Below, piece after piece: positions 24,566 to 33,081 of a stretch of 33,081 bases of DNA. A program made the position numbers and the translations under genes. The notes under the pieces were generated by a model that was not told the origin of the DNA, ran no database searches, and was given only the letters and a program-made list of their open reading frames with translations. This DNA comes from a virus (Duplodnaviria; Caudoviricetes), in the IMG/VR virus record IMGVR_UViG_3300022666_000358, positions 1 to 33,081 of that record. One strand, 5' to 3'. The first letter of the stretch is position 1. The number at the start of each line of letters is the position of its first letter.

Positions 24566-24988
24566 TCAGGGTACTTGTGCTTTGCCCTGTTTCCATGCCA
24601 GTCGGGCCGTTCTCCAGGTCGTAGACTCGAAATGCGGTTTATCCTGGAACGACTTGAAATAGTACCCCGGCACCAGGCCGAGAGATTTGCCGATGTCGGC
24701 CATTTTCCGCCAGGTGTCATCTGGGGCCAGCCACCAGGGGCGGCCGTCTTTTGTCGGGCAGAGGTCGATGGCCTGGCCGTAATTGTGGGCGGTGTCGCCG
24801 GGCTTGGCCCTGGTTACGATCGCGCCGGGCCTGGTACGGCCCTGGTTGTACAGCTCCTGCTGCCTGGCAATGGTGCGCCTGGTTTCAACGATCATCACGG
24901 GGATCCCCGCGGCACGGATGCCGGCCAGAAGCTGGTCGACTTTGATTCGGAACGCCGGTTCCAGGTGGTCAAGATCTCGGTCCATCAT
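24566..24988 (-). CDS. endolysin, peptidase M15 (L-Ala-D-Glu peptidase-like)
   Basis: ETRRTIARQQELYNQGRT..IVTRAKPG, HNYGQAID, DKPHFE zinc-binding motifs. Confidence 0.88.
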   Translation of the reverse strand: MMDRDLDHLEPAFRIKVDQLLAGIRAAGIPVMIVETRRTIARQQELYNQGRTRPGAIVTRAKPGDTAHNYGQAIDLCPTKDGRPWWLAPDDTWRKMADIGKSLGLVPGYYFKSFQDKPHFESTTWRTARLAWKQGKAQVP

Positions 24989-25209
24989 TTTCCTCGCTGC
25001 TTTCGTTTTCCACGTCCGGATCCGGGCATTTGTGACTGCTGCATTTCTGTGCGCCGGTCCCGCTTACCGGACAATCCACGTTTCTTTCCTTGCACCAGGC
25101 CATGTCGTTCCTTTTCAGGCGGGCAGTCGTCATTGCAGAAATGGCGTCTGCAGGCTGCCTCGCCTCGCTGCTGGTATACCGGGCATCCCTCGAAGTATTC
25201 GCAGCGCAT
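24985..25209 (-). CDS. small Cys-rich/basic hypothetical protein
   Basis: Coupled start/stop overlaps with neighbours; five Cys in the first 30 aa. Confidence 0.45.
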   Translation of the reverse strand: MRCEYFEGCPVYQQRGEAACRRHFCNDDCPPEKERHGLVQGKKRGLSGKRDRRTEMQQSQMPGSGRGKRKQRGK

Positions 25210-25493
25210 TATTCCGGACTCCCGATAAACCCTTCCCGTTGGTAATCCGTCACGCGCCGGCCATACATGCTGTGCTGACAGGCCATAGTCTTGTGCTCGC
25301 CCTCAAGATGCGAAAGGCGGGTCTCGATGCCATCGGTCTTCTTAAAAAGGTTTTCGATCAGCTTGCTCAGATTGTCGATGCTCTCTTTCAGACCGCTGAA
25401 CACGTTGCGGAGCGACCAGACTGAAAATCCACCGAATACGATAACGGCAATAACGAGAAACCAGAGGTCGACAGTTTTAAGAAGTTCAGCCAT
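25209..25493 (-). CDS. single-TM coiled-coil membrane protein (holin/antiholin-like)
   Basis: N-terminal TM (LWFLVIAVIVFGGFSVWSL), coiled coil ETRLSHLEGEH; upstream of endolysin. Confidence 0.6.
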   Translation of the reverse strand: MAELLKTVDLWFLVIAVIVFGGFSVWSLRNVFSGLKESIDNLSKLIENLFKKTDGIETRLSHLEGEHKTMACQHSMYGRRVTDYQREGFIGSPE

Positions 25494-25505
25494 TGATTTC
25501 TCCAG

Positions 25506-25811
25506 TCAGATATTGTTTGCCAGTTTCACCAGGCTGAATCCGTCATTCCGGGCCTGGAAGGGGCCCGCTGCGACATACGTGACCCCGCCGGTCGTGAAAG
25601 TATGGATCGTGGTGATGCCGACCAAGTCGCTGGTTTTGATCAGGACCGCCGGGATCAGCGCGGCCAGGTTCACGTCATATTCCGAGATGTCCTGGTAATT
25701 CTCCCGGAATTTGCCCTGGACGGTATCGACTAGGACTCCGGAAAGGCGGATTTCCACCGCCTGGCCGGTTGCGGCCAGGATCGCGTCGAGATCTGATTCA
25801 CTCAGCGGCAT
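25506..25811 (-). CDS. head-tail joining protein (gpFII-like)
   Basis: 101 aa beta-rich ORF right after the capsid gene, GGAG RBS. Confidence 0.6.
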   Translation of the reverse strand: MPLSESDLDAILAATGQAVEIRLSGVLVDTVQGKFRENYQDISEYDVNLAALIPAVLIKTSDLVGITTIHTFTTGGVTYVAAGPFQARNDGFSLVKLANNI

Positions 25812-25825
25812 CAGTAAAGTCTCCT

Positions 25826-25855
25826 AAAAGGGGACAAGATGGCTTGTCCCCTTTT
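25826..25855 (-). terminator. intrinsic terminator after major capsid gene
   Basis: Perfect hairpin AAAAGGGGACAAG-ATGG-CTTGTCCCCTTTT. Confidence 0.8.
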
Positions 25856-25866
25856 CTGTTGGTCGT

Positions 25867-27018
25867 TTAGCCGATGAGAAGCGCCATATGTTCCGGTTTG
25901 GCAGCCTTGACGCCCCAGGCAACAGCAACCTCGATCAGGACGGCACGGTAGACGCGGTACATCGCAATCTGGAAGAAAATACCGCTGACCGGGTCCTGGA
26001 CGACGATGACATCATCCGCCTGGTCACCGTATTCGGGCATTTTCGGGAGCCTGGTCAGGAGATGGATGGCGGAACGGGCAAACGCCATATTGGCGGCGTA
26101 GTTGGCCGCGAGGGTAATGGCGCTTGTGGCTGCCGTGATAGCCGTCCGGATACCGGGCGCAGCCAGAACAATAGTGCCGCCGTCCGATACGTCGGTGTCA
26201 CCGGTGGTCACAACATATTTGTTGGCTGTGTCGCGAGCATGGCTGAGAACGTCACCCGCAACGATGGTACCGGTGCCAGCAGCGGACAGGGCCAGGCTGG
26301 TTGCCCCTGCAGCATATCCAGCAGTACCGATAGTGGAGCTTGCCGCTGTGCCCTTGGTATGGTTTTTTATCTGGGCGGATTCCCGAATTTTAAAGCCATG
26401 AATATCGAGCAGCACACCCTGCCGGAGCGGATCACCGGAACCAGCCTGTTGAACCTGGGACTGCTTACCCAGCAATTTTGCGCCAGCAGCGGTATTTATG
26501 ACCAGGTTCAACTCACTCGTAGGAGCGCCGTTGTCTTTGAGGATGCGCAGGGTTTCGGCCGCTTCCGTAAAATCACCCGCCGTATCGAACGGGGTTGTCC
26601 CTGCAGTGCCGTAGGCACGCGAAGCCTTGTTGTATAGACCGGTAAGATCGCCTTCCATCTCGTTTGCAAGAGCGCGGAACGCCTGGGCAAACTTGTTGTT
26701 CTGGATACCCTCCTTGGTCTGCCGGCCAATTGCCAGTTCGTCTTCACCTGTCCAGTGAAATTTAACTGCACGCACCTTATTGATCGCCATGGTGCCAGTT
26801 CCGACGGTGGTGCTGTCGAGAGCGGGAGGCGTGGCGGCGGGTGCGATATCGTACACACTGGCGTCAGGCACGATGTCATAGGTAATGTTCTGGTCCTTTG
26901 CAACTTCCTCAGCGGCAGTGTTCTTGTAAACGGCCGGGATCATGCCGCAGAGTTCACGGCTTACGACGTCAACGGAGTCGTAAACAAACTGGATGAGTCC
27001 GGTAAGGGTGTTGGCCAT
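25867..27018 (-). CDS. major capsid protein (P22 coat-like, with insertion domain)
   Basis: MANTLT..VVSRELCGMIPAV N-terminus; DPVSGIFFQIAMY..AWGVKAAKPEHMALL C-terminus; position after protease; AAGGAG RBS. Confidence 0.88.
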   Translation of the reverse strand: MANTLTGLIQFVYDSVDVVSRELCGMIPAVYKNTAAEEVAKDQNITYDIVPDASVYDIAPAATPPALDSTTVGTGTMAINKVRAVKFHWTGEDELAIGRQTKEGIQNNKFAQAFRALANEMEGDLTGLYNKASRAYGTAGTTPFDTAGDFTEAAETLRILKDNGAPTSELNLVINTAAGAKLLGKQSQVQQAGSGDPLRQGVLLDIHGFKIRESAQIKNHTKGTAASSTIGTAGYAAGATSLALSAAGTGTIVAGDVLSHARDTANKYVVTTGDTDVSDGGTIVLAAPGIRTAITAATSAITLAANYAANMAFARSAIHLLTRLPKMPEYGDQADDVIVVQDPVSGIFFQIAMYRVYRAVLIEVAVAWGVKAAKPEHMALLIG

Positions 27019-27083
27019 GGTGATGTCTCCTTATAAAATCCGAAATGTAAAAGTTAAGGTTGAGATTGTGGTTAAGACTCCGA

Positions 27084-27500
27084 TCAGTCGACGATCTTGA
27101 CGCCGGACTGCAGGGCTGCTCGCTGATCAATGGGTGACAGCTTGTTGAATTCCGCCCTCTTGATGGTCTTTGCGCCACATTCTTCTTCGATGGTCGGCGG
27201 CACAACGGCGTTCGCTTCTTTTTCGATGGACACCTGCGCCCCTTCGCGCAAGGCCTTTTCGGCGGCGACGATCGCCTGGGCCGCATCCGCTCCGGTACTT
27301 TTGCCGTCGAAGGCAAGCTCTTCGATCAGCGCTTCATGGCCAGGAATGAGCTGCGCGCGGACATCTGTGATTCTCTGCCGTTCGGCCGCCGCGCCTTCGA
27401 CGCGGGCTGCGGACACTGCCACCGTCATCCCGGCCTGAGCCTCGGAAATAATCTGCTCGACCAGATCGGGGTGGTCGGTTTTAAGCTGCTTGAGATCCAT
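27084..27500 (-). CDS. nested in-frame scaffolding protein (Nu3-like, 138 aa)
   Basis: Internal AAGGAG-N6-ATG (MDLKQLKTDHPDLV) in frame with the protease. Confidence 0.65.
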   Translation of the reverse strand: MDLKQLKTDHPDLVEQIISEAQAGMTVAVSAARVEGAAAERQRITDVRAQLIPGHEALIEELAFDGKSTGADAAQAIVAAEKALREGAQVSIEKEANAVVPPTIEEECGAKTIKRAEFNKLSPIDQRAALQSGVKIVD

Positions 27501-28406
27501 AATGTTCTCCTTGTCGTTTTCATTGGCACGGGCGGCACTGGCCCTGCTCCATCCTGCAGTGGTGGTGCGAGAGAGATCCCTCACCTGTTGTATGGTTTCA
27601 GCCAGGGTGGCAACACTGTCCACCAGGCCCGCTTCAATGGCCTTAGCGCCGAGGAATACACGACCCTCGGCCATATTGGCCAGAACATCGTCCACACTAC
27701 GCCCCCGGTTGCTGGCGACCGCATCGACGAACAATTCATAAATCTGGTCCAGGTCGGCCTGGATGATGGCCCGCCCCTCTTCAGAGAGTGGCGCGTACTG
27801 GGAGATGATCCGTTTGTATTTGCCGGCGGTAATCTCGGTGGTCTTGATCCCCTGCTTTTCTTCCCAGCCGCTGATGTCCATGTGGGCCGCCACCACACCG
27901 ATCGAGCCGACGTCGGTGGTCAGGTCCGCCATGTTGATGCTGTCAGCTCCAGCACCGATCCAATAGGCGGCGCTGCACATCATCCCGTCGGCGCAGGCGA
28001 TAACCGGTTTCGCGCCACGGTTGGCGGAGATCAGGTCGGCGAGTTGCTTGGTGCCGTCCACGGTGCCGCCGGGCGAATCGATATGCAGCACAATCCCTTT
28101 GACTGCGGGATCATTGAGCGCTGCCAGGTAGTCATTCGCCACAAGCTCGGACGATACCCCGCCAGAGATCTGGGTGAACAGGTTCATCCGCTTGCCGATA
28201 ACGCCATGCATGGGAATGACGGCTACACCATCGGTTATGTATGAGCCATTCCGGCTGTTGTCGAGTTTCTTGCCAGTCGCGGCCTCGATGGCGGCAATGT
28301 CGATTTTTTGCGCTCGATGCAGATGACTGGCATAGATGCGCTGGATTTCCTGCAGCATATCCGGAGTAATGGCCCAGGGGCCGTTGATGATGTCGATGAT
28401 TCTCAT
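27084..28406 (-). CDS. S49-family head maturation protease with C-terminal scaffold (lambda gpC-like)
   Basis: IVLHIDSPGG, MMCSAAYWIG, GSIGV, ITAGKYK, GLVD motifs. Confidence 0.92.
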   Translation of the reverse strand: MRIIDIINGPWAITPDMLQEIQRIYASHLHRAQKIDIAAIEAATGKKLDNSRNGSYITDGVAVIPMHGVIGKRMNLFTQISGGVSSELVANDYLAALNDPAVKGIVLHIDSPGGTVDGTKQLADLISANRGAKPVIACADGMMCSAAYWIGAGADSINMADLTTDVGSIGVVAAHMDISGWEEKQGIKTTEITAGKYKRIISQYAPLSEEGRAIIQADLDQIYELFVDAVASNRGRSVDDVLANMAEGRVFLGAKAIEAGLVDSVATLAETIQQVRDLSRTTTAGWSRASAARANENDKENIMDLKQLKTDHPDLVEQIISEAQAGMTVAVSAARVEGAAAERQRITDVRAQLIPGHEALIEELAFDGKSTGADAAQAIVAAEKALREGAQVSIEKEANAVVPPTIEEECGAKTIKRAEFNKLSPIDQRAALQSGVKIVD

Positions 28407-30064
28407 GCTTCCTCCAGGTCAGTGTCCGGCTTGTCGGGGTCGGGCGGCTCGACCGGCGCCACGACGGCTGCAGGTGTTTTATCTTCCTGTTGCAGCCCGT
28501 TTTCGGTGATGACTCGTTTTTCCTTGATGAACTGCGGGATCTTTGCCTGCCATGATGAACCGCCCTGCGGCATGGCTGCGCATTCTTCATCGTGGGTGGT
28601 GAGCAACAATTCCATTCGCTGACCGGCCGCGTTTACTTCCTTGAGCGGGTCCAAATGGTAAGGTGCGTCTCCGATCCAGGTGGTCCCGAGCCATGCCTGG
28701 CGGATCAGGGGGTCCGCGAAAAATCCGGGCGCTTTCAGCCGGCCAGAAGCAACCGCCTCGGTAATGACCGCCTCATAAACCGGCTGGCACAAGACGGTGA
28801 CCAGCCAATGGCGCCGACGGCGGAAATAATCCCAGGCTTCCATGAGCGCCGCCCTGGATGCGGAATACGATGCGGTAAAATGCTTGACGAGCAACTCGAA
28901 CGGAATCTCCAACGCTACGCCGATCTGTCGCAGCACTGCCATGACAAACGGGTCGAACGCCGTGTTCGGGCGGCCAGGGCTTACTGTATCGATTTTTTCC
29001 CCAGGGAGAAGGCCGACTACGGAGCCATACCCCAGCTCCAACCCGGTGTCATCACTCTGGTTGGCCGTCGTGCCATCAGGATTAAGTTGAGTCGGGGCCG
29101 GTCCGAGCGAAGGATCTCCCAGCTCGTTGGTAACAAAAACCGTGAGCATCCCGGAAACGACCGCAGCCATCACCTCGGCATCGGTATAGCGGCCCAGCTG
29201 CTTTATCAGCTCCACAACAGGAGAGAGATAAGGCACTGCCCGGGACTGCCCCGGCCTTACCTTGTCGAACAAGTGCAAAACCAGCGGTACGCCGGTTTTG
29301 GCGCTGAATGCTTCCAGTTGCGTCCAGGTAGCGCTTTCGGCTGAACCGTAACCAAGCAGACGGCCAGGGTGACGGGAACAGACGTGGTAACGCACCGGAG
29401 CGCCGTTATTATCCTTTTCCACTCCCGCTGTCAGGGTAACCGTGTTGGGTTTGTTGTCAGGGTTGGAAAGGCGGGCCGCTTCTATGAGTTGCAACTTTAG
29501 CTTGTACGGAGAGCCGGGCCGGGAGAAGCGAGGCATGTTGACTAGGACGTCGCCATCTTCCAACGTTTTGAGGAAAGCCAAGCCCTGGAGCAGTGAAAAC
29601 GGCAGTTGCCTTTCGGCATCAATTTCCCGCGTTTCCGTGGCCAGCCTGAATTCCCGCCCCGCCGCCTCTTCCCAGGCATCCGCCTGGGCCTCGTCGATCT
29701 TGAGCACAGACCTGTCGACCTGGGACTTGACTTTCAGGCCGGTGCCGACAACCTTGGTGATATTGGTTTTGATCACGCCCCCGGCGATGGCGTTATTGCG
29801 GATCATGTGCTGCGAATCTTCGCGCAGGGATTGCAGATCAGGGACTATGGCGGTATCGGCGTCCATCTCCCGTTTGGAGCCTTGCTGATTGGCGCGACGC
29901 GAACGATCGGCGCCGGTATATCCGCCGGTGAGCGCCATCCGGAGACGAGTCTGGAAACGGGCCTGCCCCTGGGCCGGACTGAAAAAGTCTACAATCCTGT
30001 CCGCCAACGTGATCGGGACATGGACAGTCCGTTGCCCGATTTTGACTTCTGTCGCAAGACTCAT
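28403..30064 (-). CDS. portal protein, lambda family
   Basis: LREDSQHMIRNN, VVGTGL, RPGQSRAVP, YSASRAALME, DPLKEVNA motifs. Confidence 0.93.
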   Translation of the reverse strand: MSLATEVKIGQRTVHVPITLADRIVDFFSPAQGQARFQTRLRMALTGGYTGADRSRRANQQGSKREMDADTAIVPDLQSLREDSQHMIRNNAIAGGVIKTNITKVVGTGLKVKSQVDRSVLKIDEAQADAWEEAAGREFRLATETREIDAERQLPFSLLQGLAFLKTLEDGDVLVNMPRFSRPGSPYKLKLQLIEAARLSNPDNKPNTVTLTAGVEKDNNGAPVRYHVCSRHPGRLLGYGSAESATWTQLEAFSAKTGVPLVLHLFDKVRPGQSRAVPYLSPVVELIKQLGRYTDAEVMAAVVSGMLTVFVTNELGDPSLGPAPTQLNPDGTTANQSDDTGLELGYGSVVGLLPGEKIDTVSPGRPNTAFDPFVMAVLRQIGVALEIPFELLVKHFTASYSASRAALMEAWDYFRRRRHWLVTVLCQPVYEAVITEAVASGRLKAPGFFADPLIRQAWLGTTWIGDAPYHLDPLKEVNAAGQRMELLLTTHDEECAAMPQGGSSWQAKIPQFIKEKRVITENGLQQEDKTPAAVVAPVEPPDPDKPDTDLEEA

Positions 30065-30270
30065 CGAGGGATAACCTCACGGACAAGCATGCCGGCGGTA
30101 CGGGAGAGACGATTGACTTCCCTGTTCCAGTGGACAACTTGCTTAAGCACATCGGCGCGCTTAACCGTAGTGTTGTCAATTGTGACTTCCTGGTTAGGCC
30201 CGAGCTGCAAATTCAAACCGAGCCAGTACGCGAGTTGTCCTTCGGCTTGTGCTAGGGTAATTCCGGGCAT
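30061..30270 (-). CDS. head completion protein (gpW-like position)
   Basis: 69 aa immediately before portal; QEVTIDNTTVKRAD pattern. Confidence 0.7.
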   Translation of the reverse strand: MPGITLAQAEGQLAYWLGLNLQLGPNQEVTIDNTTVKRADVLKQVVHWNREVNRLSRTAGMLVREVIPR

Positions 30271-30328
30271 ATCGATCCTCTTTCGATGTATGGCCGGATT
30301 TTCGGCTTTTTTGATAGATAAATCGAGA

Positions 30329-30358
30329 GAGGGTTTGTGAGGGTTTGCGAGGGTTTGC
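30329..30358. repeat. three tandem 10-bp direct repeats GAGGGTTTG(T/C)
   Basis: GAGGGTTTGT GAGGGTTTGC GAGGGTTTGC between the HTH gene and gpW. Confidence 0.8.
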
Positions 30359-30369
30359 GTAAAATCTTT

Positions 30370-30624
30370 CTAACGATATTCTTTCATGCGAATGCTGCGG
30401 ACATATTCCTGCAGTTCCCAGGCCAGGATACGGTCGCCATTGCAATGGGCTCTGCCGGCATGACGATTGTGCCTGGTCAGGCGCCCTTCATTCATCAACG
30501 TCTTGACGTGAGATACCGAGCAGGAGAGGATATCAGCCGCTGTTTCCACGGAGACCACTACAGTGTTTTTCAGGATCTCCCGTTTGTAGGCTTCGACATC
30601 ATCACGGGTTATACGTTCATTCAT
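30370..30624 (-). CDS. excisionase/MerR-like HTH protein
   Basis: VSVETAADILSCSVSHVKTLMNEGRL..RILAWELQEYV. Confidence 0.75.
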   Translation of the reverse strand: MNERITRDDVEAYKREILKNTVVVSVETAADILSCSVSHVKTLMNEGRLTRHNRHAGRAHCNGDRILAWELQEYVRSIRMKEYR

Positions 30625-32530
30625 TTCTCACCCCTTTCGAGAGTATTCGGCGGCCTGTCTGTGCCTGTTCTCCTTCTGCCGGCTTCCTCGGCATCCTCAG
30701 TTTCCACATCTCCCGCAGGGCCAAGGCGTATACGGTGCAGTCGAAATAGTCGTTACGGCCCCTTTTACGGTCATGCACCCATTCGCCGTTTTCATCCTTG
30801 TACTCGGACGTAAAATGTTTAGCAAATGCTTCATCGATGTCGCAATGAAACGACAGGGCGCCCGGATCGTCGGGCTCCATAGCAAGACGACGCTCCAGTT
30901 CGTCCTTGAACACGTCGACCCTGATGTTCGCCCGCTTGAGGCCACCGGGGATCTTCTTGTTCGTGCCCGGAAAAGTAGCAACATCCTTGTAGCTGAGCAT
31001 GTCGCCGGTTGTGCCATGGACACCCTTGTGCGGCATCATGACCCGGTTGCGGCTGCACCATTCATAGACTTCTACGGTGCGGGAGTGCTTCTCCCAGCCA
31101 CGCTTCGTACCGCCGGAGTCGATCAACCCGCGGGCGATCCGGAACCGCTTGCCGTCGTGGTCCTCATAGGTATCGGCCAACATTCCATCGTTGTCCTCGA
31201 ATGTCTCGACAATGCCGTGACGGACCATGTGCATGGATACTGCCGGAGCATAGCCGAACGCCCACAGTTCGTAGTAAAAACTGCTCTGCTGGGTATCGAT
31301 AATGAGTCCCAGCATGGCGGTGTCTGGAGGGACCAGGTTGCGCGGGATCTCGGAGCGGAATTTCAGGAGGTGCGCCTCCTCGATCTGGCCGACCGGGGTT
31401 TCTTCGTGGTCGGTGCAGTCGTAGCCATTGGCCAGTGCCCGCTTTTCCGTGATGCCACCCTCCCTGGCCGCGATGATCTTCTCGGCGATTTCCTTGAGCG
31501 GGATATTCGGCAGCGGGTACGCGGACAGGTGCATGCCGACGGTCTCCGGATCCTCGATGTCTTCACCCTTGATGCAGACCCAGCCTCCGTCATGGTAGGC
31601 CACCAGGCGGTCATGGTCGGACCACTCGACTCCGCAGCCGCTGCAGGCGATAGCCAGGCGATGCTTGCCGTGTTTCACTTCCTCGGCGGTTGCGCCCTCG
31701 GGGATGATGACGTTTCCGGACTTCAATGCGACCAGGTCATGACAATGCGGACACTTCGGGCGGTATTCCCACACCTGGGCACAGCCCATGGTGCCTTTGT
31801 AGATATACCCCTGAGCAGGCGTCGACACGATCAGGTACCGGCTGTCGTCGCGGTCGCGGCCGCGTTTTTTCAGCAGGGTCAGGATGTCGGTTTCCTTGCC
31901 GACTCCGGTGGTCTCGCACTTGTCGATCTCGTCAGCGATGCAGAGTCGGCCATAGAAAGACGATACCGACGCGGCGCTGCCGGCCCAGGCAGCAAACAAG
32001 CGCGGGCCATGGCGGAAACGGATCAGGGTTCGGGTGGTGTCGTCGGCATAGCGGGACAGGAGCCGTGCCGTCCTGGGCGTGGCTTTCAGCGCCTCGATGA
32101 CGCGCTCGCCAATGGCTTTCTTTGCCTCGTGCTCATTGGGCATCAGCCAGAAGATGTTGCCGGAATCAATGCCGCGGTCGATCTGGCGCATGGCGGCGTT
32201 AGTGATCACGTTGGTTTTTGCTGCCCGTTCCGGCCAGCAGAGCCACAATTCCCTGATGCCTGGCTTGCTGGCGAACTTCATGGCCTTGACGGCATGCGGC
32301 ACCAATTCATTACGCCACTTGCCTGGATGAGAATCGATGGCGGTCACGCGACGGTATTTGTCGGCCCACTCGGCGGCGTCGATGTTTTCCGGGACCTGCA
32401 TGCGTTCCCGCACTGACGAGGGCAGCCGGTACTGGATCCGCCGGCCGGCGCACGCCTGGCGCAACCTTTCCGGAAAAAAGTCCGGAAGGGGCTGGGCGAA
32501 GATTTCCTCTGTCAGTGCAGGCTGGGTCAT
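30617..32530 (-). CDS. terminase large subunit, lambda GpA family
   Basis: EWADKYR, variant Walker A (PERAAKT), IADEIDK Walker B, IVSTP, CPHC..CSGC zinc finger, IDTQ, IDSGG, RNDYFDCTVYA nuclease motifs. Confidence 0.93.
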   Translation of the reverse strand: MTQPALTEEIFAQPLPDFFPERLRQACAGRRIQYRLPSSVRERMQVPENIDAAEWADKYRRVTAIDSHPGKWRNELVPHAVKAMKFASKPGIRELWLCWPERAAKTNVITNAAMRQIDRGIDSGNIFWLMPNEHEAKKAIGERVIEALKATPRTARLLSRYADDTTRTLIRFRHGPRLFAAWAGSAASVSSFYGRLCIADEIDKCETTGVGKETDILTLLKKRGRDRDDSRYLIVSTPAQGYIYKGTMGCAQVWEYRPKCPHCHDLVALKSGNVIIPEGATAEEVKHGKHRLAIACSGCGVEWSDHDRLVAYHDGGWVCIKGEDIEDPETVGMHLSAYPLPNIPLKEIAEKIIAAREGGITEKRALANGYDCTDHEETPVGQIEEAHLLKFRSEIPRNLVPPDTAMLGLIIDTQQSSFYYELWAFGYAPAVSMHMVRHGIVETFEDNDGMLADTYEDHDGKRFRIARGLIDSGGTKRGWEKHSRTVEVYEWCSRNRVMMPHKGVHGTTGDMLSYKDVATFPGTNKKIPGGLKRANIRVDVFKDELERRLAMEPDDPGALSFHCDIDEAFAKHFTSEYKDENGEWVHDRKRGRNDYFDCTVYALALREMWKLRMPRKPAEGEQAQTGRRILSKGVRNE

Positions 32531-33081
32531 TCCTCGATATCCTCGAAGGTGATGTCGATCTCCCCGCTTTCGTAAATGGCGCGGTATGCGGAAAGGATGG
32601 TTTCATCCAGCAGCCGGGCGATCTCGGGCCGCTTAGCCGGGTCGGCCTTGCCGATCGTGATGACGGCATCAACCGCCCGGCTCATCTGGTACCTGGTCTC
32701 ACCCAGGATCTGGCCGACCAGGGCGCCCTCGCGCTCGTGGACGGTCTCCCGTTTGATATATTCTTTGTCGTCCTTCCTGCCCTCCCGCCGGAGCTTCTCG
32801 ATCTTGAGCTTTTTCTCTTCCAGATCCAGCTTGCGGGATTCATCGTCCATATCCACCTGGACCAGAGACTGTCCGCTGGCCAGGTCTATTTTCAGTTCGT
32901 TCCGGACGTAGGCCATGAGCGAGGCCAACTCGATGCTCTTGTCGGATGCGACTATGCCCAGGCGATCCGCGTCTATGTAGAATTTCGACTGGCCGACCGG
33001 CAGTTTCTGCGGCAGCACGAAAAGCCGGTAGGCCTCGGCGCGGTTCTTATAGGTCTGTTTGGGCTGGAAGGTTGGTTGCAA
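32527..33081 (-). CDS. terminase small subunit (Nu1-like position; may be 5'-partial)
   Basis: Overlaps large-subunit start; N-terminal HTH-like segment and central coiled coil; TTG start at window edge. Confidence 0.6.
   Translation of the reverse strand: MQPTFQPKQTYKNRAEAYRLFVLPQKLPVGQSKFYIDADRLGIVASDKSIELASLMAYVRNELKIDLASGQSLVQVDMDDESRKLDLEEKKLKIEKLRREGRKDDKEYIKRETVHEREGALVGQILGETRYQMSRAVDAVITIGKADPAKRPEIARLLDETILSAYRAIYESGEIDITFEDIEE

Larger units (their letters stand above)
11658..33081 (-). mobile_element. lambda-like siphoviral prophage, morphogenesis and lysis region (extends beyond right edge)
   Basis: Contiguous terminase-portal-protease-capsid-lysis-tail genes; no sheath gene. 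Confidence 0.92.

Noticed and set aside
30773-32416. 547-aa plus-strand ORF (likewise 16650..18140, 27336..28244, 28592..29344)
   Set aside because: Antisense shadows of GC-rich phage genes with no motifs.

Overview
The window holds two adjacent mobile elements separated by a tRNA-Thr(CGT) gene (11443-11518, minus strand). Left (1-11442): a P4-integrase/AlpA, PICI-like phage satellite inserted at the tRNA 3' end, with a replication initiator carrying internal iterons, a DnaB-like helicase and an HTH gene. Its cargo is unusual: an isolated tape-measure protein with a lytic transglycosylase domain, an apparent deletion fusion of a baseplate gene start to a gpV-type spike lacking its OB-fold, a secreted metalloprotease-like protein with a degenerate zinc motif, a ~440-bp non-coding block built from three unrelated repeat types, and a small catalytic-only tyrosine recombinase. 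Three gene starts in this part share a 26-bp upstream motif. The satellite's other att site is not in the window. Right (11658-33081, minus strand): the morphogenesis arm of a lambda-like siphoviral prophage, from terminase through portal, S49 protease with nested scaffold, capsid, a lysis cassette placed between head and tail genes, tail tube, frameshifted G/GT chaperones, tape measure, Dit, hub and fibre. It encodes two virion-type proteins with Sec signal peptides, an antisense low-GC methyltransferase facing the tailspike, a holin-lipoprotein fusion, and a hub protein with a matched 7+7 acidic/basic hexapeptide stalk. All calls come from motif recognition by eye; no searches were run.
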